Positions 34,392 through 44,063 of a stretch of DNA of 64,000 bases are shown here, piece after piece (position 1 is the first letter of the stretch; each line of letters opens with the position of its first letter). The notes below the pieces were generated by a model. The model saw only the letters and a program-made list of their open reading frames with translations, did no database searches and was not told the DNA's origin. A program made the position numbers and the translations under genes. Origin of the DNA: Spirochaetales bacterium (GTDB lineage: Bacteria; Spirochaetota; Spirochaetia; Treponematales; UBA12059); contig JAFGNN010000080.1 of assembly GCA_016926955.1 (NCBI GenBank), positions 12,483 to 76,482 of the forward strand. Direction: 5' to 3'.

Positions 34392-35354
34392 ATGCGCTTC
34401 GTCGGAATCGGCAACGCCCTGCTCGACCTGGCCGCCGCGGTGGAGGAAGGCTTCCCGCCGCGTTGCGGCTTCCATACGGGCATGTCGAGCCACGTGTCGA
34501 CCGGGCGGGCCGAGGCGCTCGCGGGGGAGCTCGAGAAACCGAACGTCTCCGCGGGCGGCGGGGCGGCCAACGCGGCGCGCGTCGCGGCGGCCCTCGGCGC
34601 CGAAGCCGCATTCGTGGGGACGGTCGGCGGCGACGCGAGAGGCCGGCACTACCGCGACGACCTGGCTGCCGCGGGCGTCGAGGTCCTTCTCGGCGACAGT
34701 CCGCACCCGACGGGCCTCTTCCTGGCTCTCGTGGAGCCCTGTTCGCGCCGGACCGTCGTGGTGGCGCCCGGCGCCGCCGTAGACCTGGGGGAAGGCGAGG
34801 TGCCGGATTCGGCCTTTGTTCCCGGTGGCGTGCTCTACCTCGAAGGCTTCCTGGCCGCGCGTCGGGACTTCCTCTCGTACCTGGCCGCTCGCGGGGCCGG
34901 AGCCGGCATGACGGTGGTGCTTGACGTCGGCAGCTACGCGCTGGCCCGGCGCGAATCGGCCTTCCTCCTCGCCCTGCTCGAAGGCCCGGTGGACCTGGCC
35001 TTCATGAACGAGGACGAGTTCCACGCCCTGACCGGCACCGCGGTGCGCGAAGGCCTGCCGCTCCTGGCCGCGGACGGCCTCGAGGTGGTGGTCAAGCGCG
35101 CCGAGCGCGGCGCCATCTGGGCCTGCTCAGGCGAGCTCATCGAGAGCCCCGTCCGCGCCATCGAGGCCGTCGACGAGACGGGCGCCGGTGACGCCTTCGC
35201 GGCGGGCTTCCTCTGCGCGCGAGACCAGGGCCTGGCGCCCGAGCGTGCGCTGCGCGCGGCCAACCGCGTGGCGGGAGAGGTGGTGCGCGAGCTCGGCTGC
35301 TCGCCGGACCCCGAGCGCATACGCAGGGCCTTCGACTCTGTCGCCTGGTCCTGA
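34392..35354 (+). CDS. PfkB-family carbohydrate/nucleoside kinase
   Basis: N-terminal GNALLD and GGGAANAA motifs and the C-terminal DETGAGDAFAAGF catalytic motif of the ribokinase/adenosine-kinase family. Confidence 0.8.
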   Translation: MRFVGIGNALLDLAAAVEEGFPPRCGFHTGMSSHVSTGRAEALAGELEKPNVSAGGGAANAARVAAALGAEAAFVGTVGGDARGRHYRDDLAAAGVEVLLGDSPHPTGLFLALVEPCSRRTVVVAPGAAVDLGEGEVPDSAFVPGGVLYLEGFLAARRDFLSYLAARGAGAGMTVVLDVGSYALARRESAFLLALLEGPVDLAFMNEDEFHALTGTAVREGLPLLAADGLEVVVKRAERGAIWACSGELIESPVRAIEAVDETGAGDAFAAGFLCARDQGLAPERALRAANRVAGEVVRELGCSPDPERIRRAFDSVAWS

Positions 35355-35584
35355 AAGGCCGACCCGGAACGCTGCGAAGCCATGGGGACGGCGCGACGCC
35401 GGAAGGCGGCGCCGGGGCGGGGCGCGGAGGAAGGGGCGCGGGGGAGGAGGCGGAGCCTCCGCTCCCGCACGGTTCCCCCCGTGCGATTCCTCTCGCCAGG
35501 AACCTCTGAAGGAAGCTCGAAACCTTGCCCGGAGCCCCCGTTTCCCTTATTTTTAGGGTTGAAACCCGCAAAAAGGAACGAGGA

Positions 35585-37933
35585 ATGAGCGAGAACGAGA
35601 TCATCCCCATCGAGCAGCTGTTGCCCGCCAAGGTGCCTGTGGTACCGCTCCTCGGCAAGCCGATTTTCCCGGGCATATTCACGCCGATCATGCTCGGCGG
35701 CGCGGACGACATACGCACGGTCGACGAGGCCATGCAGGCTGACGGCATCATCGGCTTCATCCTGATCAAGGCCGAGTTCGAGAAGGCGACCGCGGCCGAC
35801 CTGCACGCGGTGGGCACGGTGGCGAAGATCGTCAAGCGCATAAACCTGCCGGACGGCTCGGTGAACATCTTCATCTCCACCATGAAGCGTTTCCGCGTCA
35901 AGAAGTTCCTGACGAAGGACCCGCCCATCATGGCCGCGGTGGAGTACCTCGAAGACGAGCACGACGCTTCCGACGAAATCAAGGCGCTGACCCGCGCGTT
36001 GATCGGCGAGATGAAGCAGGTCTCGGAGAACAACCCGCTGTTCTCCGAGGAGATGCGCCTCAACATGATCAACATCGACCATCCGGGCAAGATCGCGGAC
36101 TTCATCGCGAGCATCCTGAATGTGGACCGCAAGGAGCAGCAGAAGATCCTCGAGACCCTCGACGTGCGCGAGCGCATGGAGAAGGTGCTGGTCTTCATCA
36201 AGCGCGAGCAGGAGCTCCTGAAGATCCAGAAGCGCATCCAGGGCGAGATCAACGAGAAGATCGAGAAAAGCCAGCGGGACTACTTCCTGCGCGAGGAGCT
36301 CAAGGCCATCAAGGCCGAGCTCGGCATGCCCACCGACTCGAAGAGCGGCGAGCACGCCAAGTTCAAGGAGAAGATCGAAGCCTTCGCCTTCTCGGGCGAA
36401 GTGAAGGAGCAGGTGGAGCAGGAGCTCGAGAAGTTCGCGCTGATGGACCCGAACTCGAGCGAGTTCATCGTGACGCGGAACTGGCTCGACCTGGTCTGCG
36501 CCCTGCCCTGGAAGGAGCCGCTCTCGGCGGCCTTCGACATCGCGAAGGCTCAAGCGACGCTCGAGGCGGACCACTACGGCCTCAAGGACGTGAAGGAACG
36601 CATCCTCGAATATCTGGCCGTGCGCAAGCTCAAGAACGACGCCAAGGGTTCCATCCTCTGCCTTGTCGGCCCGCCGGGGGTGGGCAAGACGAGCGTGGGC
36701 AAGTCCATCGCGCGCGCGCTCGGCAAGGAGTTCTTCCGCTTCTCGGTGGGCGGCATGCGGGACGAGGCGGAGATCAAGGGCCACCGCCGCACCTATGTCG
36801 GCGCCATGGCGGGGAAGATCCTCCAGGGCCTCAAGATCGCGAAGCGGCGCGATCCGGTGTTCATGATCGACGAGATAGACAAGATGGGCTCGAGCTACCA
36901 GGGCGACCCTTCGAGCGCGCTCCTCGAGGCGCTCGACCCGGAGCAGAACCACGCCTTCCGCGACCACTACCTGGACCTGCCCTTCGACATCTCGAACGTC
37001 TTCTTCATCGTGACGGCGAACACGCTCGACACGATCCCGGCGCCCTTGCGCGACCGCATGGAGATAATCCAGCTGCCGGGCTACGTCGACACCGAGAAGC
37101 TCGAGATCGCGAAGCGCTACCTGGTGCCGAAGAGCCTCGAGAAGCACGGCCTGAAAAAAAGCCAGGTGAAGTTCACGCGCGACGCCCTGGTGCACGTCGC
37201 GGAGAGCTACGCGCGCGAGGCGGGGGTGCGCAACCTCGAGAAGCTGATCGACAAGGTGAACCGGAAGATCGCGAAGGCCGTGGTGATGGACGGCAAGGCG
37301 AAGGACGTGTTCCGCGTCGACAAGCCGGGCCTCGAGAAGTATTTGGGGAAGCCCTTCTTCGACGCGGACGAGGTGAAGCGCGCGGACGCGCCGGGCCTGG
37401 CCGTGGGGCTCGCCTGGACGAGCATGGGCGGCGACACCCTGATCATCGAGGCGGTGGCGAACCCCGGCAAGGAAGGCTTCAAGCTGACCGGCCAGATGGG
37501 CGACGTCATGAAGGAAAGCGCGAACATCGCTTACACCTACGTCCGGAAGCTCGCGGCCGAGCGCTACGGCGTGAGCGCCAAGTGGTTCGAGGAGCGGCAG
37601 GTCCACCTGCACATTCCCGAGGGCGCGACGCCGAAGGACGGGCCGAGCGCGGGCATCACCATGGCCATAGCGCTGCTGTCGCTGGTGCTCGGGCGGAAGA
37701 TCAAGGACCGCGTGGCGATGACGGGCGAGCTGTCGCTTACGGGCCAGGTGCTGCCGATCGGGGGCCTCAAGGAAAAGACCGTGGCCGCCAAGCGCAACAA
37801 GGTGCGCGAGATCATCATACCGAAGCGCAACGCGAAGGACGTCGACGAGATTCCCGAGCACGTGAGGAAGGGCATCGTCTTCCACCCCGTGGAGCGCTTC
37901 GAGGACGTCCTCGCCATCGCCCTGCCGGAATAG
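35585..37933 (+). CDS. lon: ATP-dependent Lon protease
   Basis: N-terminal LON domain, Walker A GPPGVGKTS, and protease motif PKDGPSAGITMA (catalytic Ser). ATG 35585. Confidence 0.95.
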   Translation: MSENEIIPIEQLLPAKVPVVPLLGKPIFPGIFTPIMLGGADDIRTVDEAMQADGIIGFILIKAEFEKATAADLHAVGTVAKIVKRINLPDGSVNIFISTMKRFRVKKFLTKDPPIMAAVEYLEDEHDASDEIKALTRALIGEMKQVSENNPLFSEEMRLNMINIDHPGKIADFIASILNVDRKEQQKILETLDVRERMEKVLVFIKREQELLKIQKRIQGEINEKIEKSQRDYFLREELKAIKAELGMPTDSKSGEHAKFKEKIEAFAFSGEVKEQVEQELEKFALMDPNSSEFIVTRNWLDLVCALPWKEPLSAAFDIAKAQATLEADHYGLKDVKERILEYLAVRKLKNDAKGSILCLVGPPGVGKTSVGKSIARALGKEFFRFSVGGMRDEAEIKGHRRTYVGAMAGKILQGLKIAKRRDPVFMIDEIDKMGSSYQGDPSSALLEALDPEQNHAFRDHYLDLPFDISNVFFIVTANTLDTIPAPLRDRMEIIQLPGYVDTEKLEIAKRYLVPKSLEKHGLKKSQVKFTRDALVHVAESYAREAGVRNLEKLIDKVNRKIAKAVVMDGKAKDVFRVDKPGLEKYLGKPFFDADEVKRADAPGLAVGLAWTSMGGDTLIIEAVANPGKEGFKLTGQMGDVMKESANIAYTYVRKLAAERYGVSAKWFEERQVHLHIPEGATPKDGPSAGITMAIALLSLVLGRKIKDRVAMTGELSLTGQVLPIGGLKEKTVAAKRNKVREIIIPKRNAKDVDEIPEHVRKGIVFHPVERFEDVLAIALPE

Positions 37934-37949
37934 CAGGTACACGTATCGA

Positions 37950-38066
37950 ACCACGGAGACACGGAGGCACGGAGCCAAGAGGGAGAAGACCAGGACTGGA
38001 ATCGGGAATCCTGATTTTTATCGTCTCTTCCTCCCTCCTTACTCCTCCTCTCCGTGCCTCCGTGGT
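37950..38066. repeat. MITE/REP-like palindromic element, copy 1
   Basis: Terminal inverted repeats ACACGGAGGCACGGAG (37959-37974) and CTCCGTGCCTCCGTGGT (38050-38066). Purine-rich left arm, pyrimidine-rich right arm, and a central GAATCCTGATT core shared with copy 2. Confidence 0.8.
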
Positions 38067-38086
38067 CTTCTTGTTGATGTAGCCTT

Positions 38087-39595
38087 TCAGGCGGGGCGCC
38101 AGCGTTGGTTTTCGAGGCGGAGGCCGTAGACGGTTTCCATGAGGCGCTTCTGGCCGGCGGCGAGGAGGCGGGCGGTGTCCGCGATGCCGGCGGGCAGGGG
38201 GCGCGCGGGTTCGGCGCCGCTCGACATGAGGGTTTCGAGGAGCAGCTTGGCCGCGATGAAGCGTTCGTACTTGTCCACGGCGAAGCCGACGAAGCCGTCC
38301 ATGAGGGCCGCGACCTCCCAGGTGACCTGCTCGGCCTGGCTGTAGCGGCCCGAGTCCTTGTCCTGGTCGCTGAGCCGCACGGGCAGCTCGCGAGCGAGCT
38401 CGTCGAGGCGCGGCACGAGTAGCTCGAGGTCGAAGAGGCCTGTGGCGCAGTTGAAGAGGATGCGCGCGCCGGACTTTTCGAGCTCCAGCACCCGGTCGAA
38501 GGAGATGGCCGGCCCGATGTCCGCGATGGTGCGGGCGCCCGAGGCGGTCTCGACCAGGATGCCGCCCTTGACGTCCACGGGCGTGCGCCATGCGAACTCG
38601 AAGGCGGCCGGGGCGCCGGAGAGGGCGAAGGCGGCGAGTTCGGCGGGGTCGGGCACGTAGCCTGAGTTGTCGACGTTGCCGAGCCAGGCCCACTTGTAGC
38701 CGTCCGCGAGGAGGCCGCGGTAGACCTCCGCCAGCACGTGGAAGATCTGGCCGTGGCCGCCGGGCAGGGCGAGCGCCGTGTCGGGCTTGCCCCAGGCTTG
38801 GTCGAAGATCCTGCGGGGCCTGCCTTCGGAGGAATGGGTGAAGGCGGCGATCATCGGCTGTACGCCCGTACGCAGCTCGGCCGGGTCGACACCCTCCGAG
38901 CGCGCGAGCGGCGCGATCCAGGGGTGAACCCGCCACGCGCGGTAGTGCTCCGCGAGCGCCGAGTCGGTGCCGACGCTCGACATCTGGAAGAGGGGCAGGA
39001 CGGGCCGCTCAGGTGCGCCGAAGCGTTCGCGGCGCCCTGCGGCGAGAAGCAGGGCCGCCCGCTTTTTGAGTGTAAGGAAGCTTTCGCCCGGGTGTCCGTC
39101 GCCGTCGAGCCAGGCGGGCGAGGCGCCTTTCGGGACGCCCTCGCAGAGTGGGGCGAGGCGCTCGAAGCCCGGGCGGTAGGCTTCGAAGACATCCGCGCCG
39201 AGGGCTGCATTGCGCTTGGAGTCCGCGTAGCTCGTGGCCGAGCCGCCGTTGAGGACGCCGTAGGCCGCGCGGTCGAGCAGGCGGAACCCGAGCGCGCGCA
39301 GGGCCTCACGGTCGAAGGCGAGGGCGCCGTCCTGAGCCTCGGAGGCGCCGGATTCGGCGAACGGAACGCCGAGCGCTTCCAGGCGTTCGCGGGCAATGGA
39401 CTCCGGCAGCTCGACGCGGAGGGAGGGCCCCGCGTCCATGACGGAGCTTCCGTCCACGGGCGGGACACCCGCGGCCTCGACGCTCTTGAGGAAATCGTAG
39501 CGACCTGAGTTGATGTCTTTCAGGATGCGGAGGCTCAGCTCGAGGTCGATGCCCTTCGCCTCCATGTCGGCGCGCAACGCGGTGTTCGGTTCCAT
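38087..39595 (-). CDS. UDPGP-family (eukaryotic-type) UTP-sugar-1-phosphate uridylyltransferase
   Basis: VLNGGSATSY (expected LNGGLGTSMG), LPGGHGQIF (expected PxGHGDIY) and LGNVDNSG (expected NIDNLG). Start at ATG 39595. Confidence 0.7.
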   Translation of the reverse strand: MEPNTALRADMEAKGIDLELSLRILKDINSGRYDFLKSVEAAGVPPVDGSSVMDAGPSLRVELPESIARERLEALGVPFAESGASEAQDGALAFDREALRALGFRLLDRAAYGVLNGGSATSYADSKRNAALGADVFEAYRPGFERLAPLCEGVPKGASPAWLDGDGHPGESFLTLKKRAALLLAAGRRERFGAPERPVLPLFQMSSVGTDSALAEHYRAWRVHPWIAPLARSEGVDPAELRTGVQPMIAAFTHSSEGRPRRIFDQAWGKPDTALALPGGHGQIFHVLAEVYRGLLADGYKWAWLGNVDNSGYVPDPAELAAFALSGAPAAFEFAWRTPVDVKGGILVETASGARTIADIGPAISFDRVLELEKSGARILFNCATGLFDLELLVPRLDELARELPVRLSDQDKDSGRYSQAEQVTWEVAALMDGFVGFAVDKYERFIAAKLLLETLMSSGAEPARPLPAGIADTARLLAAGQKRLMETVYGLRLENQRWRPA

Positions 39596-39641
39596 GCGTC
39601 GTCCTCCCGTCTGGCGTCCGGCGTTCCCGCGGACGGCCCCT

Positions 39642-40691
39642 TCAGGATAACACGACCGCGGCGTTCGCGGCGCCGTAGAGCGAGACGTCGTAGTCGCGGG
39701 CGATCCAGACGGGCGTCTCGGCGAGGATGGCGCGGATGTGCTCGCGGTAGTTCCCCTCGAAGGCGGAGCGGAAGCGAGCGCCCTCGAGGAAGAAGCGTTC
39801 GTTCTTGGCTGCGATGCCGCCCGCAAGGTACACCCCGCCACCGGGCAGGAAGCTCGCAGCGTGGTCGGAGGCGACCCGTGCGTAGAGCTCCACGAAGAGC
39901 TCCAGGGCACGCACGGCGTTCGCGTCAGTGCCCGCGTGGGCGGTCTTCGAGATCATGGCCGGCCGCTCGGCCGGAGGGGCGGCGAGTATGGGCGAGTCCG
40001 CGGCGCAGCCCGAGCGCTGGCAGAGGAATTCATGCAGGTTGGAGATGCCCATGCCGGACACGCCAGCCTCGGCCCCGGGGACGAAGCCGAAGCGCTTTTC
40101 GAGCCAGGCTGAGAACTCGCGCGTGTCGCGGTCCCAGGCGGGCAGGGTCACGTGGCCGCCCTCGCTCGGAAAGGCCTGGGTGCGCTCCCCGACGCGGACC
40201 ACGTAGCCGACGCCGAGCCCGGTTCCGGCGCCGATGACGAGGCGCACCCCGTCGGGGCTCTGGGCCGGGAAGGACCCGTCGGCCCGCGTGACGGGGAGGA
40301 GCTGGGTCCGGTCCGCAGGGTCGAGGAGGAGGACGCCGTACGAGACCGCGGTGAAGTCGTTGATGACGCGCGCGGGAATCGAGAATTCCCGCTCGATCTC
40401 GGATGAGTCGATGCTCCAGGCCGCGTTCGTGAGTTCGATGCGGCCCGCCTTGACCGGCCCGGCTCCCGACACGCAGCAAAGGTCCGGCGGGAACGAGGGC
40501 GCGGCCTCGCCGGCGGCGTCCAGGAAGCGGCGCAGGCAGGCTGCGAGCGAAGGCTCGTCTTTGGTGCCGTAGCGGCGGTCGAGGATCTTCTCGAAGGTGG
40601 CGCCCTTCTTGCCGATGAGGGCGAAATTGGCGTTGGTGCCGCCGATGTCGCCTGCGAGGATGACGGTGTCGTACGCGGTTCTGGATTCCAT
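39642..40691 (-). CDS. glk: glucokinase
   Basis: ILAGDIGGTNANFAL ATP-binding motif, VINDFTAVSYG, and overall Glk length. Start at ATG 40691. Confidence 0.88.
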   Translation of the reverse strand: MESRTAYDTVILAGDIGGTNANFALIGKKGATFEKILDRRYGTKDEPSLAACLRRFLDAAGEAAPSFPPDLCCVSGAGPVKAGRIELTNAAWSIDSSEIEREFSIPARVINDFTAVSYGVLLLDPADRTQLLPVTRADGSFPAQSPDGVRLVIGAGTGLGVGYVVRVGERTQAFPSEGGHVTLPAWDRDTREFSAWLEKRFGFVPGAEAGVSGMGISNLHEFLCQRSGCAADSPILAAPPAERPAMISKTAHAGTDANAVRALELFVELYARVASDHAASFLPGGGVYLAGGIAAKNERFFLEGARFRSAFEGNYREHIRAILAETPVWIARDYDVSLYGAANAAVVLS

Positions 40692-40834
40692 ACGGGGATA
40701 GTACCGGCGGGGGCGAAGGGTGGCAAGAACGAAGAAACCACAGATGAGGTCGCCTGCGCGAAGCGCGGGCACTGAATCTTTCCGCTCCGAAAGCGACGCG
40801 AAGCGGCGCAGACGCCGAGGACACGCGGGGAAGA

Positions 40835-40868
40835 TAAAAAACAGCCGGCCGCGGGGGCGGCCGGCCGC
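40835..40868 (-). terminator. terminator after the OMP-like gene
   Basis: On the minus strand, a GCGGCCGGC/GCCGGCCGC hairpin is followed by a T-run (A-run 40836-40841 on the plus strand). Confidence 0.6.
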
Positions 40869-40888
40869 TTTCGGATCGGGCGCGGGGA

Positions 40889-41899
40889 CTAGAGCTGGAG
40901 GCGGGCGCTCAGGGACGCGCCGAGGGCTTTGGTGGCGGGGACGTACATGAGCTGGGCGTCGACGACCACGAGAATGTTGAGCGAGACGCCGGCGTAGACG
41001 CGCACGACAGGCGCGGTAGCCTCAGCGGTATAAAGGAAACCGTCGGCGGAAATGTCAGGGACGGGCTGCCCGGCATCGGTCAGGGCTGCTTCGAGCGCCT
41101 CGAACGAATCGGCTGGATGGCCGCCATATGCGGAACCGGTGATGCTAAGTGCAGATGCAAGGCCGCCTGTGACCGTCGACTTGCCGAAGGACACGCCGGC
41201 TCCCGCATATGGGGTCAGGATGAGCAGGACGTTCTTCGAGACCTGGGCGTTGAGGTCGAAGCTGGTGGACTCCCAGCCGAGCTCGAGCTCGGGGTCGCCA
41301 GCGGTGATGGTCCAACTGTAGGTTTCATAGTCGTAGGTGAAGGTTTCCCCGGAGCCGACGCCCATGGCGATGGAGCCGGTCTGGTAGCTGCCCGATACGC
41401 CGATGGAGAGCTCGGGGATCAGGACGCCTTCCTCGAGGACGCGGGCGCGGAGCACGGCGCCGAGGTTCTTGTACTCGGCGGCGACGCCGTAGGCTCCTTC
41501 AAGGGCCGTGGCCATCTCGGGGGTGACGACGCCGCCCTTGACGCCGACGTCGATCGGCAGGAAGGGGAGGCCGAGCTTGGCGGTGACGCCGAGCGCGGGC
41601 ACCGGTACGCCGAGGGCCTCGAGCTCGGCGGGAACCGTCTGGCCGATGGCGTCGAAGAGGGCCGCGGTGCCTTCCTTCCCGGCGAAGGTGGTGCCGAGGA
41701 CGATGCCGGCGCCGAAGTGGGGGAAGCCGCCGATGTAGGCGTCCGACCAGGTGGTGCCGATGGTCGAATTCATGGACAGGGTGGCGGCCATGTCGTCGGC
41801 GAAACCCGAGAACGCGGTCTGGAAGCCGTCGAGGGTCTGGGCGAACGCGCCGCCCGCGAGGAAGGCGAGGGCGATGATGATCAGTGCGAAACGCTTCAT
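40889..41899 (-). CDS. secreted beta-rich protein, probable outer-membrane protein
   Basis: Cleavable signal peptide (MKRFALIIIALAFLAGGAFA/Q). Gly/Ala/Thr-rich alternating pattern. The C-terminus has alternating hydrophobic residues, as in beta-barrel proteins. Confidence 0.6.
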   Translation of the reverse strand: MKRFALIIIALAFLAGGAFAQTLDGFQTAFSGFADDMAATLSMNSTIGTTWSDAYIGGFPHFGAGIVLGTTFAGKEGTAALFDAIGQTVPAELEALGVPVPALGVTAKLGLPFLPIDVGVKGGVVTPEMATALEGAYGVAAEYKNLGAVLRARVLEEGVLIPELSIGVSGSYQTGSIAMGVGSGETFTYDYETYSWTITAGDPELELGWESTSFDLNAQVSKNVLLILTPYAGAGVSFGKSTVTGGLASALSITGSAYGGHPADSFEALEAALTDAGQPVPDISADGFLYTAEATAPVVRVYAGVSLNILVVVDAQLMYVPATKALGASLSARLQL

Positions 41900-42006
41900 T
41901 GGTTACCTCCGTTGAAGACAGACACTAAGTGTAGCGCGTGAAGCGGCCCGGTTCAAAGCCGCTTCGGCCATTCCGGCGCCGTTTTCGGGATGTGGCGGGC
42001 GGGTGC

Positions 42007-43242
42007 TCAAGCGAGCGGGTGCGAGCGCGCCCAGGGCAGGGCCTTGGTCCAGGCCGCCTTGGTGCGCTCGAAGAGCTCGTGGTGCTTCCTCGCGTCGCGG
42101 TGGAAGCGCTTGAGCTCGTGCCGCAGGTGTCCGAATTCCGGGGCGTCGAAATACGACACGAGGGCTGGCGAAACCTTGGCGAAGGTCGCGTCCATCGACT
42201 CTATGGTCGCCTCGTACGCGGATCGGTTCGTGATGTAGGTCAGGAGGGGCTTGTAGCGCACCCAGCCGACCGTCGCGCGGGCGAAGCGGCGCACCACGTC
42301 GCGGTCGCGGGCTTCGACGGCGTCGAGGCTCCGGGGCAGGACGCCGTGGAGTATTGGCTGGTAGCGCAGCCACGCGTCGTGGAACGTGTAGGCGGGCACG
42401 CGCACCACGCGCTTGTCGCCGAGGCAGGTCGAGAGGAAGGTATCCTCTCCGCGGGCGCCCGGCGGATTGAAAAAGGGCGCGTCCGCGCCGCCCCGCCTCA
42501 GGTTGAGGCAGAGGTTGGCGCCGCTGATGAACTTCATGCCGTTGACCGCGGGCACCTCCTCCGCGCTCCCGTTCCCCGCGAAGGCTGGATCCGCGTAGGT
42601 GACGCCGCCGTCGCCCATGACCACCTGGCGGATGCGGTCCCAGGATACGATGTCGTTGGAGAGCGCGTCGATCAGCTCTGCGAAGGACCCTTCGTCAAGG
42701 CCGTCGCCGAAGCTGACGCGCGGGATGGGAGAGATGTAGCCGCAGTGCCTTCCGTGGGTCAGGTCCGCGTCGGCGGAAGCCGCCAGGTGCGTCCCGAGGA
42801 CAGACTGGCCCATCCAGCGCACCGGGTCGCCCCGCAGGGCTGCGAGCGGATACTCGTCGTCGTCGATGAAGAGCAGGCGGTCCATGCCCGCGCGGAGCGC
42901 GAACCAGACCACCGCGTTGCGTTTCTTGCCGTAGCCCTGGCCGAAGAGGAGCTGGGATTCCTCCGAATCCAGCACGCCCTCCCTGACCAGCGAGCGGCGT
43001 TCCTCGTCGATGGCCGTCGAGCCGAAGTACGAGACTCCGTCCAGCTTCGCGGCCAGGACCGGGTCGACGCGCTTGTAGTCGCTGGCGCTGGTGCCGAAAT
43101 AGGCCAGGTCGTAGGCGACGAACAGGCGCAGGGTCATCGAGGCGTCCTCGACGAAGCCATGCTCGTTCCAGTTGTTGACGTAGGTGCGGAAGAGCTGCTT
43201 GAAGCCCCGCCGTCCCGTCACGAATCCTATGCCGATTTTCAT
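42007..43242 (-). CDS. hypothetical protein, possible GT-A-like glycosyltransferase
   Basis: 411-aa ORF from ATG 43242 with an acidic LLFIDDDEYP motif (DxD-like). Family not recognised with certainty. Confidence 0.45.
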   Translation of the reverse strand: MKIGIGFVTGRRGFKQLFRTYVNNWNEHGFVEDASMTLRLFVAYDLAYFGTSASDYKRVDPVLAAKLDGVSYFGSTAIDEERRSLVREGVLDSEESQLLFGQGYGKKRNAVVWFALRAGMDRLLFIDDDEYPLAALRGDPVRWMGQSVLGTHLAASADADLTHGRHCGYISPIPRVSFGDGLDEGSFAELIDALSNDIVSWDRIRQVVMGDGGVTYADPAFAGNGSAEEVPAVNGMKFISGANLCLNLRRGGADAPFFNPPGARGEDTFLSTCLGDKRVVRVPAYTFHDAWLRYQPILHGVLPRSLDAVEARDRDVVRRFARATVGWVRYKPLLTYITNRSAYEATIESMDATFAKVSPALVSYFDAPEFGHLRHELKRFHRDARKHHELFERTKAAWTKALPWARSHPLA

Positions 43243-43288
43243 CTCTGCCAGAATACCCCGTATCGCGCTTCGGGGGCAAGGCGAGTGT

Positions 43289-43480
43289 GGTGTCACGAAG
43301 CTTCCGGGTCGCAGGGCGCGGCGAAGGAGCTGTCATGAAGCCTTCGGGCGCTGGTGGTGTCACGAAGCTTCCGGGTCGCAGGGTGCGGCGAAGGAGCTGT
43401 CATGAAGCTTTCGGGCGCTGGTGGTGTCACGAAGCTTCCGGGCGGGGAGGGCGCTGGTGGTGTCACGAAGCTTCCGGGTC
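43289..43480. repeat. 67-bp tandem repeat (2 full + 2 truncated copies)
   Basis: The GGTGTCACGAAGCTTCCGGG head recurs at 43289, 43356, 43423 and 43459. The two full units differ by 2 substitutions. Each unit contains an internal half-repeat, GTCATGAAGCYTTCGGG. Confidence 0.9.
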
Positions 43481-43589
43481 CGTGGACACGAATGGCGGAA
43501 GGGCGGATCCGCCGCCTCCTGTCGACGCGGAGCGAGCTGGGGCTCCGGCGCCTGTTTCGCCGGGCCGCGTGCGGCCCGGCGACCCTTCC

Positions 43590-44063
43590 CTACTTTTCGA
43601 GAGGACCGGCCCAGCGGGAGAGGCCGCCGAAGTCCACCACGCGGCTCCAGCCGAGGCTCATGAGGGTGGCCTTGGCCTGCGCCGAGCGGTTGCCGGAGCG
43701 GCAGTACACGATGACGAGCCCGTCCTTGGGGAAGGCGGGCGGTTCGGAGGCGATGCGGTCGTAGGGCTGGAGGAGCGCGCCCGGGATGCGGCCCGCGGCA
43801 AATTCCGAGGCCGTGCGGACATCGAGGAGGAGGAAGTCGCCCTTCCACGAGTCGAGGGCTGCGGCGGGGGTTCCCGTGGCCAGCAGGGCGGCGAGCTCCT
43901 TCGGGTCGCGGAAGCGTTCGTCCTCTGCGCTCGTCGATGCGCCGATGCCGGCCGGGGCGGGAAGCGGAGCGGGATCGGCCGCCGCCTCGGGAGCGCAGGC
44001 GCCGAGAACGGCTACGGCCGCTACGGCCAAGAGAGTGGCGAAGGGGCGAATGGTACGGAACAT
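43590..44063 (-). CDS. rhodanese-domain lipoprotein (sulfurtransferase)
   Basis: Signal peptide with lipobox (AVLGAC). Rhodanese active-site loop VIVYCRSGNRS. Confidence 0.8.
   Translation of the reverse strand: MFRTIRPFATLLAVAAVAVLGACAPEAAADPAPLPAPAGIGASTSAEDERFRDPKELAALLATGTPAAALDSWKGDFLLLDVRTASEFAAGRIPGALLQPYDRIASEPPAFPKDGLVIVYCRSGNRSAQAKATLMSLGWSRVVDFGGLSRWAGPLEK

Noticed and set aside
34934-37978. A 1014-aa ORF antisense to lon. Similar giant ORFs occur at 4829-6985 (-), 45150-47618 (+), 52949-56659 (+), 57572-59470 (-), 41938-43338 (+) and 49242-51893 (-).
   Set aside because: Their translations are Arg/Gly/Pro/Ala/Glu/Asp/Val/Leu-rich low-information sequence without motifs. Each lies opposite to, or out of frame with, a gene carrying unmistakable family signatures. 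This is a typical artefact of stop-codon depletion in GC-rich DNA.
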